Below the pieces are notes generated by a model. The model saw nothing but the letters and a program-made list of their open reading frames with translations. It had not been told where the DNA came from and made no database searches. The translations under genes and the position numbers were made by a program. A DNA stretch of 56,936 bases from Octopus bimaculoides (taxonomy: Eukaryota): the NCBI RefSeq assembly GCF_001194135.2, contig NC_068981.1, positions 45,456,694 through 45,513,629 of the forward strand, written 5' to 3'. Shown one piece after another: positions 41,647 through 53,364 of the stretch; the stretch's first letter is position 1, and the number at the start of each line of letters is the position of its first letter.

Positions 41647-42441
41647 AATATATATATATATATANNNNNNNNNNNNNNNNNNNNNNNNNNNNNNNNNNNN
41701 NNNNNNNNNNNNNNNNNNNNNNNNNNNNNNNNNNNNNNNNNNNNNNNNNNNNNNNNNNNNNNNNNNNNNNNNNNNNNNNNNNNNNNNNNNNNNNNNNNNN
41801 NNNNNNNNNNNNNNNNNNNNNNNNNNNNNNNNNNNNNNNNNNNNNNNNNNNNNNNNNNNNNNNNNNNNNNNNNNNNNNNNNNNNNNNNNNNNNNNNNNNN
41901 NNNNNNNNNNNNNNNNNNNNNNNNNNNNNNNNNNNNNNNNNNNNNNNNNNNNNNNNNNNNNNNNNNNNNNNNNNNNNNNNNNNNNNNNNNNNNNNNNNNN
42001 NNNNNNNNNNNNNNNNNNNNNNNNNNNNNNNNNNNNNNNNNNNNNNNNNNNNNNNNNNNNNNNNNNNNNNNNNNNNNNNNNNNNNNNNNNNNNNNNNNNN
42101 NNNNNNNNNNNNNNNNNNNNNNNNNNNNNNNNNNNNNNNNNNNNNNNNNNNNNNNNNNNNNNNNNNNNNNNNNNNNNNNNNNNNNNNNNNNNNNNNNNNN
42201 NNNNNNNNNNNNNNNNNNNNNNNNNNNNNNNNNNNNNNNNNNNNNNNNNNNNNNNNNNNNNNNNNNNNNNNNNNNNNNNNNNNNNNNNNNNNNNNNNNNN
42301 NNNNNNNNNNNNNNNNNNNNNNNNNNNNNNNNNNNNNNNNNNNNNNNNNNNNNNNNNNNNNNNNNNNNNNNNNNNNNNNNNNNNNNNNNNNNNNNNNNNN
42401 NNNNNNNNNNNNNNNNNNNNNNNNNNNNNNNNNNNNNNNNN

Positions 42442-42472
<31 letters not shown>

Positions 42473-42770
42473 TATAGGTATTTAACCTTTAAATGTGTGT
42501 ATTTAAAAGAGACAGAAACTTCAAACTCGATATATCCAAGATCATCCACTGAATAACTCATTTACTCTCTATTATATTCTACCTATCTGTACAAACACGT
42601 TTGATATTTTATATATTATAAACTATACTTTATGTAAATTATATTTGGCTTACATATGGCAATTATGATGTCTAGCACTCATTACATGAGAATATTCTAT
42701 ACAGTTATCTGTGCTTAGGTCGTCTTAAGATTATCTCAGTATATTAGTGTTATGAGTTTTACAATGTGTT

Positions 42771-42825
42771 TGCATGCGATGCACGTGTTAGTTTGTGCAT
42801 GCGATGCACGTGTTAGTTTGTGCAT
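42771..42825. repeat. 25-bp tandem duplication (2.2 copies)
   Basis: tgcatgcgatgcacgtgttagtttg occurs twice, followed by tgcat. Confidence 0.9.
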
Positions 42826-42948
42826 ATACAAACACATAAACACGTATATATACACATCAATATGAATACATGCACTCACACTCACGCATACAAGCGCACA
42901 CACAGGCACATATATGTATAAATACATATACACACATATGTATATATA

Positions 42949-43288
42949 GATAAAGTGTAGTATATTGCCACTTAAGTGTGGCTGACCCCTAGGGGTGGAT
43001 GTTACTGTTGCTTTTAGCCCCAGGAGGACATCTCCTCCAGCTGGCTTATCGACACACGACTGTGTCCTGTTTGCCAAGAGAAGTTATCCCTCTCACCTCG
43101 ATCAGCAGCACGAACGTATCCGGATTTCAGGGTTATTTCCCTTCGTCGGCGTTCGACAGCTGATGACCTTGGTGAGAGAGACAAAAACCTGGCAAACCTT
43201 ATATCTTCTTTTCCAGTGAAAATCTTCAACAGTAACATCCACCCCTAGGGGTCAGCCACACTTAAGTGGCAATATACTACACTTTATC
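42949..43288 (-). mobile_element. 340-bp element with 62-bp perfect inverted termini and an internal hammerhead; probably a Penelope-like LTR with an inverted partial copy
   Basis: 42949-43010 is the exact reverse complement of 43227-43288, and an HHR motif lies at 43111-43155 (-). Confidence 0.8.
43101..43164 (-). ncRNA. Type I hammerhead ribozyme motif with a C3-C4 core variant
   Basis: ATCAGC-TGT-CGAACG-CCGACGA-AGGG[AAATAA]CCCT-GAAA-T-CCGG-A-TA-CGTTCG-TGCT-GCTGAT. Stems I and II pair perfectly and stem III is the palindrome TCCGGA. Confidence 0.7.
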
Positions 43289-43580
43289 GTGCAGTTACTG
43301 TTAATACTTCATTTAGAGAATTAACATTGCTTGTATATATAGNNNNNNNNNNNNNNNNNNNNNNNNNNNNNNNNNNNNNNNNNNNNNNNNNNNNNNNNNN
43401 NNNNNNNNNNNNNNNNNNNNNNNNNNNNNNNNNNNNNNNNNNNNNNNNNNNNNNNNNNNNNNNNNNNNNNNNNNNNNNNNNNNNNNNNNNNNNNNNNNNN
43501 NNNNNNNNNNNNNNNNNNNNNNNNNNNNNNNNNNNNNNNNNNNNNNNNNNNNNNNNNNNNNNNNNNNNNNNNNNNNNNNN

Positions 43581-43786
43581 GAACGCCGACGAAGGGAAAT
43601 AACCCTGAAATCCGGATACGTTCGTGCTGCTGATCGAGGTGAGAGGGATAACTTCCCTTGGCAAACAGGACACAGTCGTGTGTCGATAAGCCAGCTGGAG
43701 GAGATGTCCTCCTGGGGCTAAAAGCAACAGTAACATCCACCCCTAGGGGTCAGCCACACTTAAGTGGCAATATACTACACTTTATC
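43581..43786 (+). mobile_element. Second, opposite-orientation copy of the 42949 element interior plus right terminus, with its own HHR at 43581-43624
   Basis: Reverse complement of 42949-43154 with one substitution (43079 vs 43656). It is followed by a 54-bp flank identical to 43289-43342. Confidence 0.85.
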
Positions 43787-45368
43787 GTGCAGTTACTGTT
43801 AATACTTCATTTAGAGAATTAACATTGCTTGTATATATAGATATATCGATAAATAGATATTTATAGATATATGTGCATGCATCCATAAAAACACACTCGC
43901 ATATATGTATATATATAGTTTTCATTATTTCCACTGCACGAAACTCTCGTACCTTTAGTCACTTTCTATATTCTTATCAAATACAATTACATAAATATTT
44001 GTTCATATGTATATTCGGATGTATGTGTTCATATATATATGCATGTATGTGTGTATTTCTCAGCGATGTATGAGTATACGTATGAATATATGCATGATTA
44101 CTTATATGTAACTTTTCTAAAAGTATCTACGTGTAGGCTTTCGCTTGCACGTGCTCTCGTATGAAGGTATATCGTCATTATGAACTGAATAAGGTTCTTT
44201 TCTTATAATCTACTGTCCGCTTTAAAATCGACTTGTAGCAAATCTTTCAGACTGTATTCTAAAATCGGATTAGTAACACATAAGTGATTCAAAAGAAAGT
44301 AATATCCACAAATAGAGACGTGTTGGATTAACGTATTCAGAAGGGTGGGTAAATCGACATTTTATTCAAATCTCATTCGTGTCAGAGATTGCTCAATATT
44401 TCAATCAATTGCGAACTTGTATTTATCTAGTAGAGAAAGTCATCTTGAGGTGGCTTTGTCAATCAGGCTCCTATTGTAACTTACTCCAACTAACCAACAA
44501 TTCAATCAATGGAGAATTTCAGATGGGATTGTATTCGAGTTTTGACAAATTTCCTTCCCTGAAAACAGGACAAATGGAACAAGATGCAATGCTGTAATAT
44601 TATTGTATACATAAATGTCTAAGTATAATTCAGCTTGCGTTATTGGAAGAAATCTATTCAAATATACATTTTTACGCACACAACTGATATAAATAACACG
44701 GAAACGCACAGATTCAGCCGATCATATATCATTACATATGTATGAGTTTGTGAATGTGTTTATTACTACGTATAATTACACACGCATACACAAATGCACA
44801 CACATATATACATAGCATTATTATTGTGAACATGTGCATGTGAGTTTCTGTGAATACGCGTGTATGTGTGTACTTATACCTACCTTGCTGTAATGCTTAA
44901 CTATAAAATAAGGAAATATTCTATTTTTTTTTTAAATTCATGAATGTGTTGTTATATCTGATTGTTCTTGGTATAATGTACTTCATAATGTTGCAATTCA
45001 TTTACCTCCACTCTAAATTTTCATATAAATGTTTATGATAAGGTGATTTGAAAAATAAATCTGTTAATAGAGATCATGGTTAACATTTGGAGATAAATAT
45101 CATTCTATATGTGTTTACAATCTAAAATTTAAGGCAGTTCATCTTGATTTTGAAGACTGCTGGTGAGAACAACCAATATTTTTCGATTTTATATGTTCTC
45201 CTCAGCGAAAGCTGCTCACTTGCTAAGATCTTCGGATAAACAGAATGTATAGAAACATAAAGTAAGAAGTTGTTCCGATTATGAATATAGAAAGCAGCAG
45301 CATAGAGACAATTACTTCGTAGAGACCTTTACATAAAAAATCACATGCGAACTGGCTCAATTAAAATA

Positions 45369-45599
45369 CAGTAATCCGCTTGACTATCGCGGGTATTACG
45401 TTCCCTCCCCCATCCCTCGCCGCGACAGGTGAAAGTCCTTGAAGTAGAAATAGTACTGTACTGTATATATTTTTGTATTGTGTTTATAATTTGTTTATAT
45501 TTAATTTATTATAAATGCAAAACAACACCATGGAGGAATCGGCGTAAACCTTAATAATAAACCGCGATTGGTGAACCGCGATATGGCGAGGGATTATTG
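45369..45599. mobile_element. Tc1/mariner (pogo/Tigger-like) MITE, 231 bp
   Basis: TA|CAGTAATCCGCTTGACTATCGCGG ... CCGCGATATGGCGAGGGATTATTG|TA: imperfect 24-bp TIRs starting CAGT with a TA TSD. Confidence 0.8.
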
Positions 45600-46041
45600 T
45601 AATATATTTTTCTAATGTTTTTCTATAGTTGTCTTTAACAGCAGAGTCTGTATAATAAATATATATTTCATCTACAAAGCTCCTCAATTTAACTTACTAC
45701 AGTTTAATCAACGTTATTAACTCCATGCTATTCCTACACATATTAATCACCTCAAAACTCTGAAACCTAAACTGAACACAATTAACCGCGATGGACTCAT
45801 AATACAATATCAATCCAGGTATTCTACATGTAAGGCTAATAGATCTGTTTGTTGTCTACACCACCAGTCTTCGTCTTTCGTTTTTCACACTCACACACAC
45901 ACCCACACACACACACACACACACACATACACACACACATACATACACACGCACGCACACACACATACACACACAAACACACAAGTTGAGGCCTGATTTG
46001 TCTCTCCGTTCTCCGGACCGATTCTAGAGATTCACGGTCAC

Positions 46042-46250
46042 CACATAGACGACTGTATTGGCGCTACCTCTCTCTCGCGCAACATATGTCCAATTTCATC
46101 TCTTTCGTTTCTAACTTCCACCCTCTCACACCCAACGGGCCATTCCCTACTCCCGGGATCTCTTCTTCATGTGTCGTGGATACCCATCCACTCCTATCAA
46201 AGCTGCCCTATCCGTACTCCTCAAATCGATCGCACGATTACCCTCTCTTC
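46042..46250 (+). pseudogene. Penelope-like reverse transcriptase remnant with internal deletions
   Basis: Fragments in different frames read HIDDCIGATSLSR (YIDD-type catalytic motif), NFISFVSNFHP and AIPYS..FFMCRGYP. The motif order matches the palm and thumb region of Penelope-like RTs. Confidence 0.65.
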
Positions 46251-46258
46251 CTCCCTAC

Positions 46259-46269
46259 ATCATCATCAA

Positions 46270-46344
<75 letters not shown>

Positions 46345-46381
46345 CATCATCATAATCATCATCATCATCATTATCATCATC
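46259..46381. repeat. (CAT)n microsatellite
   Basis: Read directly; lies at the 3' end of the LINE. Confidence 0.97.
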
Positions 46382-46382
46382 A

Positions 46383-48095
46383 GTCGCACAGTAACGACGT
46401 CGCACAGTAACCAATATCATGATTGAAGGTATTGTTGATTGAAGATATTGTGTTTACTGAAGGTTTGTACTATCTGTCTAATCACAAATACCTCCTACAG
46501 ACAGTATTTTACGCAATATACGCGCAGTTCCAAGTAATGCAAATTTTTGCAATACACCTAGATAGTAGGGTATTTCTAAAGTTTGCAGATGTTTTTGTTT
46601 TTTTTTGTTTTTTCAGGTTGGGTGCTAATAACCCCAATGAAAATAGAGGTGACCTTTATGTTTGATTTCCATAGTTGCCGATTTTTAGCGATCTCAATTC
46701 TCAGTTATCCGTATTTATCAGAATTTTTCATTTTCTTTCGTGATAATAGGTTTATATCCTGGCACTTCTATGTTGGTCATTAGACACTCATGTTTTTCCC
46801 ATTAAATGTTACAGCATCCAACATTCGGTGCTCTGACAATTTGTCTGTCTGGAAGCAAAACCCCAAAGGATATTTGCCTTCCTCTTTTCGTCCAATACCC
46901 TTTTCCGGTTTACGTTGGTACCGAGTACACGTTACCTCATATCCATTCTTTCGGCATAGTAGCCACTGAATGTTTTGGGCTACCTTGTCCTGTCTGCCAG
47001 AGAACTCTTTCTGCGCAAGATTTTCAAGGCACTGTAAATGTGAGTCACTCTTTCAATCAAATTCCCACACATTCTGAAGAGGTTCGTTGCACTTGTGTAA
47101 TATATATATATCCCTTCTCACTGAGTTGGTATATAATGCTTGATCCTGGGCATCTATTATTAGGCTTTCAGTATTCTCATTTAGGTCACCCTTGCTGAGC
47201 CACCTCCATGATGCTTCCTGGTCTTCTGAGTTGTTAGTTTCACAGTGGATCTGACCATGTAACTTGATGAGTTTCTACTCTCTCGCTAACTGTTCTTATT
47301 GGAAATTTATGTTCACTCAGAGATCCAATTTTGATAAATCCTTCTGCTTTAGGAGCATACTATAGTATATCTTGTTTGCTGTTCACTAAATATTCTGCTA
47401 TGTTTCTTCTTTCACAGTCGAAGTACTCCCGTACGCTAATCAGCCCACGTCCACCTCTACACCTCTTCGTGTAAAGCACATGTAAATTCGTCTGAGGGTG
47501 GAGGGCCCCATGCATTGTCATTGTATTTCGGGTAGTGCGATCGAGTTGGTTAATCTCCGTTTGTGTCTATTTCCCGATGGTTTCACTATAGAGGACTACA
47601 GGAAGAGCACTATGCTGATGGCTGTCACATTGTTCCTTGGGTTGAGTTTTGATTTCTATTGAAGTTTAAGGAGCATGAAATATGCAGTGATAAAACTTGT
47701 CTTTCATTTCTCTATGCAAGATACTGTCCAGCTCCAGGATCCCAAGTTACTTGGATCCATCATCATATCGGTCTTCTATTCTCTCTCTGTCTGGCAATTG
47801 TATGTCCCTACATTCTGCACTTTTCCCCCGTTTCAAAGAGACCACTTCACACTTCGAGATACCTAATTCCATCCATATATACTTGCTGCGCATTTGCACA
47901 GTCTCAAATAGCCTCTCAAATTCAGTGTCTGTTTCCGCGAATAGTTTGAAACAATCCATGAAGAGAAGTGGCTGAGACGGTGTCCATTCTTTTACAGCTC
48001 ATAGTGCGTGTAGATCTGCGTAGGATTACCGAAAGTGGGATTAAATAGAAAGAAGTTGAACCAATCTCCCTAGAGGTTGCCTCGTTTCATAATTG
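46383..48095 (-). mobile_element. 5'-truncated, decayed Dong/R4-clade non-LTR retrotransposon (RT C-terminal half, CCHC region, restriction-like endonuclease, 3' UTR)
   Basis: Minus-strand fragments read KRG..GD, IPLSVILRR, GHRLSH-LFMDCFKLF (YMDDLKL-type motif), MELGISKC, LGILE, LDRTTRNTMTMHGALHP..LYTKRCRGGRGLIS, LAQKEF..QDKVA and LQKFALLGTARILRKIL, with many stops and frameshifts. Confidence 0.9.
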
Positions 48096-48099
48096 TTAT

Positions 48100-48120
48100 T
48101 GTTATTATTATTATTATTAT

Positions 48121-48188
<68 letters not shown>

Positions 48189-48189
48189 C

Positions 48190-48265
<76 letters not shown>
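48100..48265. repeat. Compound (TTA)n-(TAG)n microsatellite
   Basis: Read directly; abuts the truncated 5' end of the LINE. Confidence 0.97.
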
Positions 48266-48266
<1 letters not shown>

Positions 48267-49718
48267 AAAGCAGCGATCTGGCCGAAACCGTTAGTCCGAC
48301 ACTTTTATACAGTGCCATAAAATTAGAGCGTTGTTTTCTTAATGCATTATACTCCGAGAAGACGAACTCCTTCTTTCAATCCACACTTCCTATCCACAAT
48401 GTTCCTTTCTCATTGCATTGTTGTTTTAATGCATCAAGAAAGATATTCGGATTTTGGTTATAACACTAGACTCTAATTATTAGTCGGGAAGCAATTAGTT
48501 GTATTTCAATAATGTATTACCAAATTGATATATTTTTCCATGTATTTCTGATGCAGCTCCTGCATTTTGAATGCTTTACACTTCCTTACTGGAAAGTCTC
48601 ACTTCATGCGAGAGGGAAATTCAGACTTTAAGAAATCAGTAACAAAGAGAGCAAATCATGAAAATGAAGGATATAGAGAAAAGAGAGCAGGATGTAGAAT
48701 ACATAAAAGTGAATGGTTTACCGTCATAAGCAATTTGCAGCCTCAGTTAATAACAAAAAAAAAAAAAAAATGGCAAGGGGTCTGAGTACAGAGTAGAGAA
48801 CGCTAAATACACTTACACTAAATATATGATTTAGATATTTTTCAAGTTTTATCAAAATCCTGGATTAATTAATTTAGTTAGGCAGAAATACTAAGAATGT
48901 TAATGAAGATAGATTTCATGTGACCAATACATACGTGTTTATGTGTATGCGTTTATATATACACACACACACACACACATATATATATNNNNNNNNNNNN
49001 NNNNNNNNNNNNNNNNNNNNNNNNNNNNNNNNNNNNNNNNNNNNNNNNNNNNNNNNNNNNNNNNNNNNNNNNNNNNNNNNNNNNNNNNNNNNNNNNNNNN
49101 NNNNNNNNNNNNNNNNNNNNNNNNNNNNNNNNNNNNNNNNNNNNNNNNNNNNNNNNNNNNNNNNNNNNNNNNNNNNNNNNNNNNNNNNNNNNNNNNNNNN
49201 NNNNNNNNNNNNNNNNNNNNNNNNNNNNNNNNNNNNNNNNNNNNNNNNNNNNNNNNNNNNNNNNNNNNNNNNNNNNNNNNNNNNNNNNNNNNNNNNNNNN
49301 NNNNNNNNNNNNNNNNNNNNNNNNNNNNNNNNNNNNNNNNNNNNNNNNNNNNNNNNNNNNNNNNNNNNNNNNNNNNNNNNNNNNNNNNNNNNNNNNNNNN
49401 NNNNNNNNNNNNNNNNNNNNNNNNNNNNNNNNNNNNNNNNNNNNNNNNNNNNNNNNNNNNNNNNNNNNNNNNNNNNNNNNNNNNNNNNNNNNNNNNNNNN
49501 NNNNNNNNNNNNNNNNNNNNNNNNNNNNNNNNNNNNNNNNNNNNNNNNNNNNNNNNNNNNNNNNNNNNNNNNNNNNNNNNNNNNNNNNNNNNNNNNNNNN
49601 NNNNNNNNNNNNNNNNNNNNNNNNNNNNNNNNNNNNNNNNNNNNNNNNNNNNNNNNNNNNNNNNNNNNNNNNNNNNNNNNNNNNNNNNNNNNNNNNNNNN
49701 NNNNNNNNNNNNNNNNNN

Positions 49719-49763
<45 letters not shown>

Positions 49764-51086
49764 TCTGTGTGTAAAAGATAGATTTCGTTTACACCGGCTG
49801 TAATTGTGGGATTTTTTTTGTTGGCATCACAATCTCAAATTAAAGAATTATCCACGTCTAAGTTGAAATAGTTAGAATCATAGGAAAAGAATATGTAAGA
49901 AAAACGTGTAACTATATTACTTATATATATATGTATATATATATCTGTATATGAGTTTATGTGTGTGTGTTTGCAGATACGTATACGAATGTGCGTGTGT
50001 AATTACATGTGTATGTGTGTTTTTGTGTGGGAGGTGGGGATGTTTGTGATTGTGTGGGGTGCATGTGCATATTCACACGCATACGCACGCATTTACACAC
50101 GTAAATATATATATATATATATATACAGTTAGAGAGAGAGAACAGATAACAAAGAGAGAGGAGAGAGAACAGATAACAAAGAGAGAGGAAAGGGGAAATA
50201 TATAAAATTATACATATATGTCTGTGCACGCGATATGAAGAATACTTCACATCATGTAGCAATTTAAGTGGTTTCATTGATAATTGCTATCACCTTTGAT
50301 ACTTATACTATATAGTAGGTTGCTAGTGTCAAGTAGCTCTCTGAAAATTATATCTTCAGGGCCTACGTGTCTTGAGTAGAAATTGCCATATGTCTTTATA
50401 CAATTTTTCGTGTAATCTGAGTAGTTTTATTCTTGTCACGAAAATATCTTCATATTCTGTGTGAGAGCAAAATTCATAGTGTCTTTAGCAACGGAATGGC
50501 GCCTTCTTAATGATATAAAAACAATACAAAATATTAACAATAAATTCAGAATTTAATCTAATAAAATGTTATGTTATATCGGCAAGATAATGTGCTCGCA
50601 TAAATTTACTAATATATAATTACGCATATTTTCTTGTGCATAATATATGGCATAACACATTTCATTAGAACAAAGTCATTTATAAGTATATTTGTGAAAA
50701 TAATTCGGTGAAAGTATATGTAGCAATAACGCACAATACAGTTGCATATACCGTAATACGTAATTTTATACAATTACTGGCATGAACATAGATATGTTTG
50801 ACCAAGCATATGCGTATACACATTATTTATACACCTGTCGACTTTTTTCATTTAAGATACCTTCTCTCAATCTGACCGTACGACAACTACCAGTGACAAA
50901 CACATGGATACATATGCGTATGTATATACTCATTAGTGTTCATATATATATATATATATATATATACCTGATTACATATATATTTATATATATACACATT
51001 GTAGCTATGAGTATATAGACTCACTCAAATGATATGCTCTAATTAATCTGTATGAGAAAACACACCAGCTAACACCAATATTGATT

Positions 51087-51290
51087 TCAAATTTTGAAAT
51101 AAGGGCAGTAAGTTTGGCAGACAGGAAAGTCGATTACATCGACTACAGTAGTCAAATGGTACCTATTTAATCGTCCCCAAAAGAATAAAAAAGTCGACCT
51201 CAGCAGAATTTTAACTTAGACGTAAAATCACAAGAAATGCCGCTAAGTATTTTACACCCGGTAGATTGATGATTCTGTCAATTTGTAGTT
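51087..51290 (-). mobile_element. SINE family A copy
   Basis: aagtcgattacatcgac..tggtacctatttaatcg..aaagtcgacctcagcagaattttaact..gaaatgccgctaagtatttt. Confidence 0.82.
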
Positions 51291-51819
51291 TTACTGGCTA
51301 ACACCAATATTAATATTATTATCAGCACGAATATCGTCTTATTCGCGATAAACGTATGCTCCTGTTGTGTCGCTTGTGAATGCCATTTAATTTCATCTCA
51401 ATGCTGTCTCTTTTTGAGGTACTGTCTGTCAGTGACAGCTTTTATAGGATTTGATATCCCACATTTTATACTGCAATACAAGATCTGAGGTTGCTTTGAT
51501 ATATCTAGCATGGAGTACAATTGCAGTGGGATATGCTCATTGCCTAAAAATCGCTCACTGTTTCTTATCTCACTTCTATGTTTCCCATTATTTCTAAGCC
51601 GCTCTATTTTCGTCCCTCCCATTCTCTTTTTGTCTTCATATGACTATTCTACATGTACCGAAAATAATTGCAATTACTGATGTTCGTGAGTTTTCTAAAA
51701 TATATTTTTCCGGTTAAACGATATGAAATAATACATAGTGATAAGAGAAACATTTGTGAACATAGCTTTCTTGGACCTCATATACAACTGCTATGATTAA
51801 ATTTCCATACTATGAAATC

Positions 51820-51844
51820 TATATGGTTATATAAATTTATATAA

Positions 51845-51879
<35 letters not shown>

Positions 51880-51929
51880 TATATACTTTTAATTTATATA
51901 ACCATATATGTATATGGTTATATACTTTT
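51820..51929. repeat. AT-rich palindrome cluster
   Basis: A perfect 32-bp palindrome at 51820-51851 and a hairpin with 14-bp arms at 51895-51924. Confidence 0.85.
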
Positions 51930-52322
51930 GCTGAGTATATATACGAGTGTTATGTAGTTAAACTCCAATTTCTTAGCATACTAATTTTATCTTTAGTAAT
52001 ATCTTGGACATGGAAGGTAAACATTCTAAAAGCTCCACGATTTGGTTTATTTTCAGCGCGCGGAAAAAATAACTAAATACACGTATGCGAATCAATAACG
52101 CATCTAAAATTAGCCCTACATTTATTGTCACCTCATTCATACTCATTAATTTTGAACTTAAATGCCCCGTCACCTCAGAAATAGGTAACATAAACACTGC
52201 ATATATCAAACACACACACACACGCGCGCACAAATATATGCATTTGTAGGTATATTCACACACCCACACCCACATACATATTTATATATTTATGTGAGAG
52301 AGTTTGTGTGTGTGTGTGTGTG

Positions 52323-52369
<47 letters not shown>

Positions 52370-52499
52370 ATATAATTTTTGTTGGTAACATACATCATGC
52401 CTTCAGTAATTCTTTTAGGTGTCTATGTAGGCAGAGCAGACATAGACAAACTTTGTATTCTCCCTAATTTTGTATACTAGAGGCATATTCAGGGTGTGA

Positions 52500-52640
52500 C
52501 GTGAGAGACTATAACAGGAAGGTTTGTATACACTTCCAGTTGGTATTCATTTTCTGCTGAGTAGAATAGACAACGTAAAATGAAGTGTCATGTCCAAAGA
52601 GAAAACGCACTGCCTCGTCTGGAAATTGATTCCATATTGA
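52500..52640 (-). mobile_element. Diverged tRNA-derived SINE remnant (third family)
   Basis: ccagttggtattcattttctgctgagtagaatagacaacgtaaaatgaagtgtcatgtccaaagagaaaacgcactgcctcgtctggaaattga resembles the reverse complement of a SINE head plus central domain. Confidence 0.55.
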
Positions 52641-53076
52641 GCACACGTTTTCTTTAACTCATATGTGTGAACGTGTGGGTGTGTGCACTTCTGTTTGTAG
52701 GGATGTATATAATTGCTGAATGATTAGTTCACTCCACTTTCCTGCGTGAAGTGGTTTTCTCACTTCCATCCAAATTTAGTTATTGTCCTGTAATCCATGT
52801 TATTTATATACAATATGCGGCAACATGCAAAATCGCATAGAATCTGTTGGGAACCTAAAGCCAAATATTTCACTTTTTCCTTTCTTGCAGATAATGTAAA
52901 TTCATCTGATGGATGGTAGACTTTATTTGGACTCAAAACTAATTTAATTGCGTGTCAACAGATAAATTTTTTCTAGTGAAGAAATTTGATAATTTGTGAA
53001 ACTGTTTTGATTTAATGTCTGCTGATTGTTCCACCGTTCTAGTCAAAATTAATTACTAACAAAAATAATATTTTTT

Positions 53077-53313
53077 AGTTGTGTCTGGGGAGAGTCATTT
53101 CCTTTTTGTACATTATAATTTAACAAACTCACCGGAAAATTCCCACTTATTCCTTATTTTTATTTTCCTAAAATATTCGTTGCGTCTTGCAACATTTTCA
53201 ATAGTCTTGACTATAGGAAAATGAAATTAAGGAATACGTGGAAATTTTACCGTTGAGTGTGTTAAATTATAAAGCACGAAAAGAAAATGACTCTCTCCAG
53301 ACACACGAACTCA
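53077..53313. mobile_element. Fold-back (palindromic) MITE
   Basis: The ~100-bp arms are inverted (gtgtctggggagagtcatt..ttataatttaaca vs tgttaaattataa..aatgactctctccagacac), with the symmetry centre atagtc-tt-gactat at 53201-53214. Confidence 0.85.
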
Positions 53314-53364
53314 CATAAAGAATCTTGCAAACCAAATCCCAAAACAAAATATATATGTTACTCT

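Noticed and set aside
52871-52919. Acceptor cactttttcctttcttgcag followed by a short frame (D)NVNSSDGW* as a terminal exon
   Set aside because: Plausible but unsupported: no upstream exon is identifiable. Spliced RNA-seq reads at 52891 would be needed.
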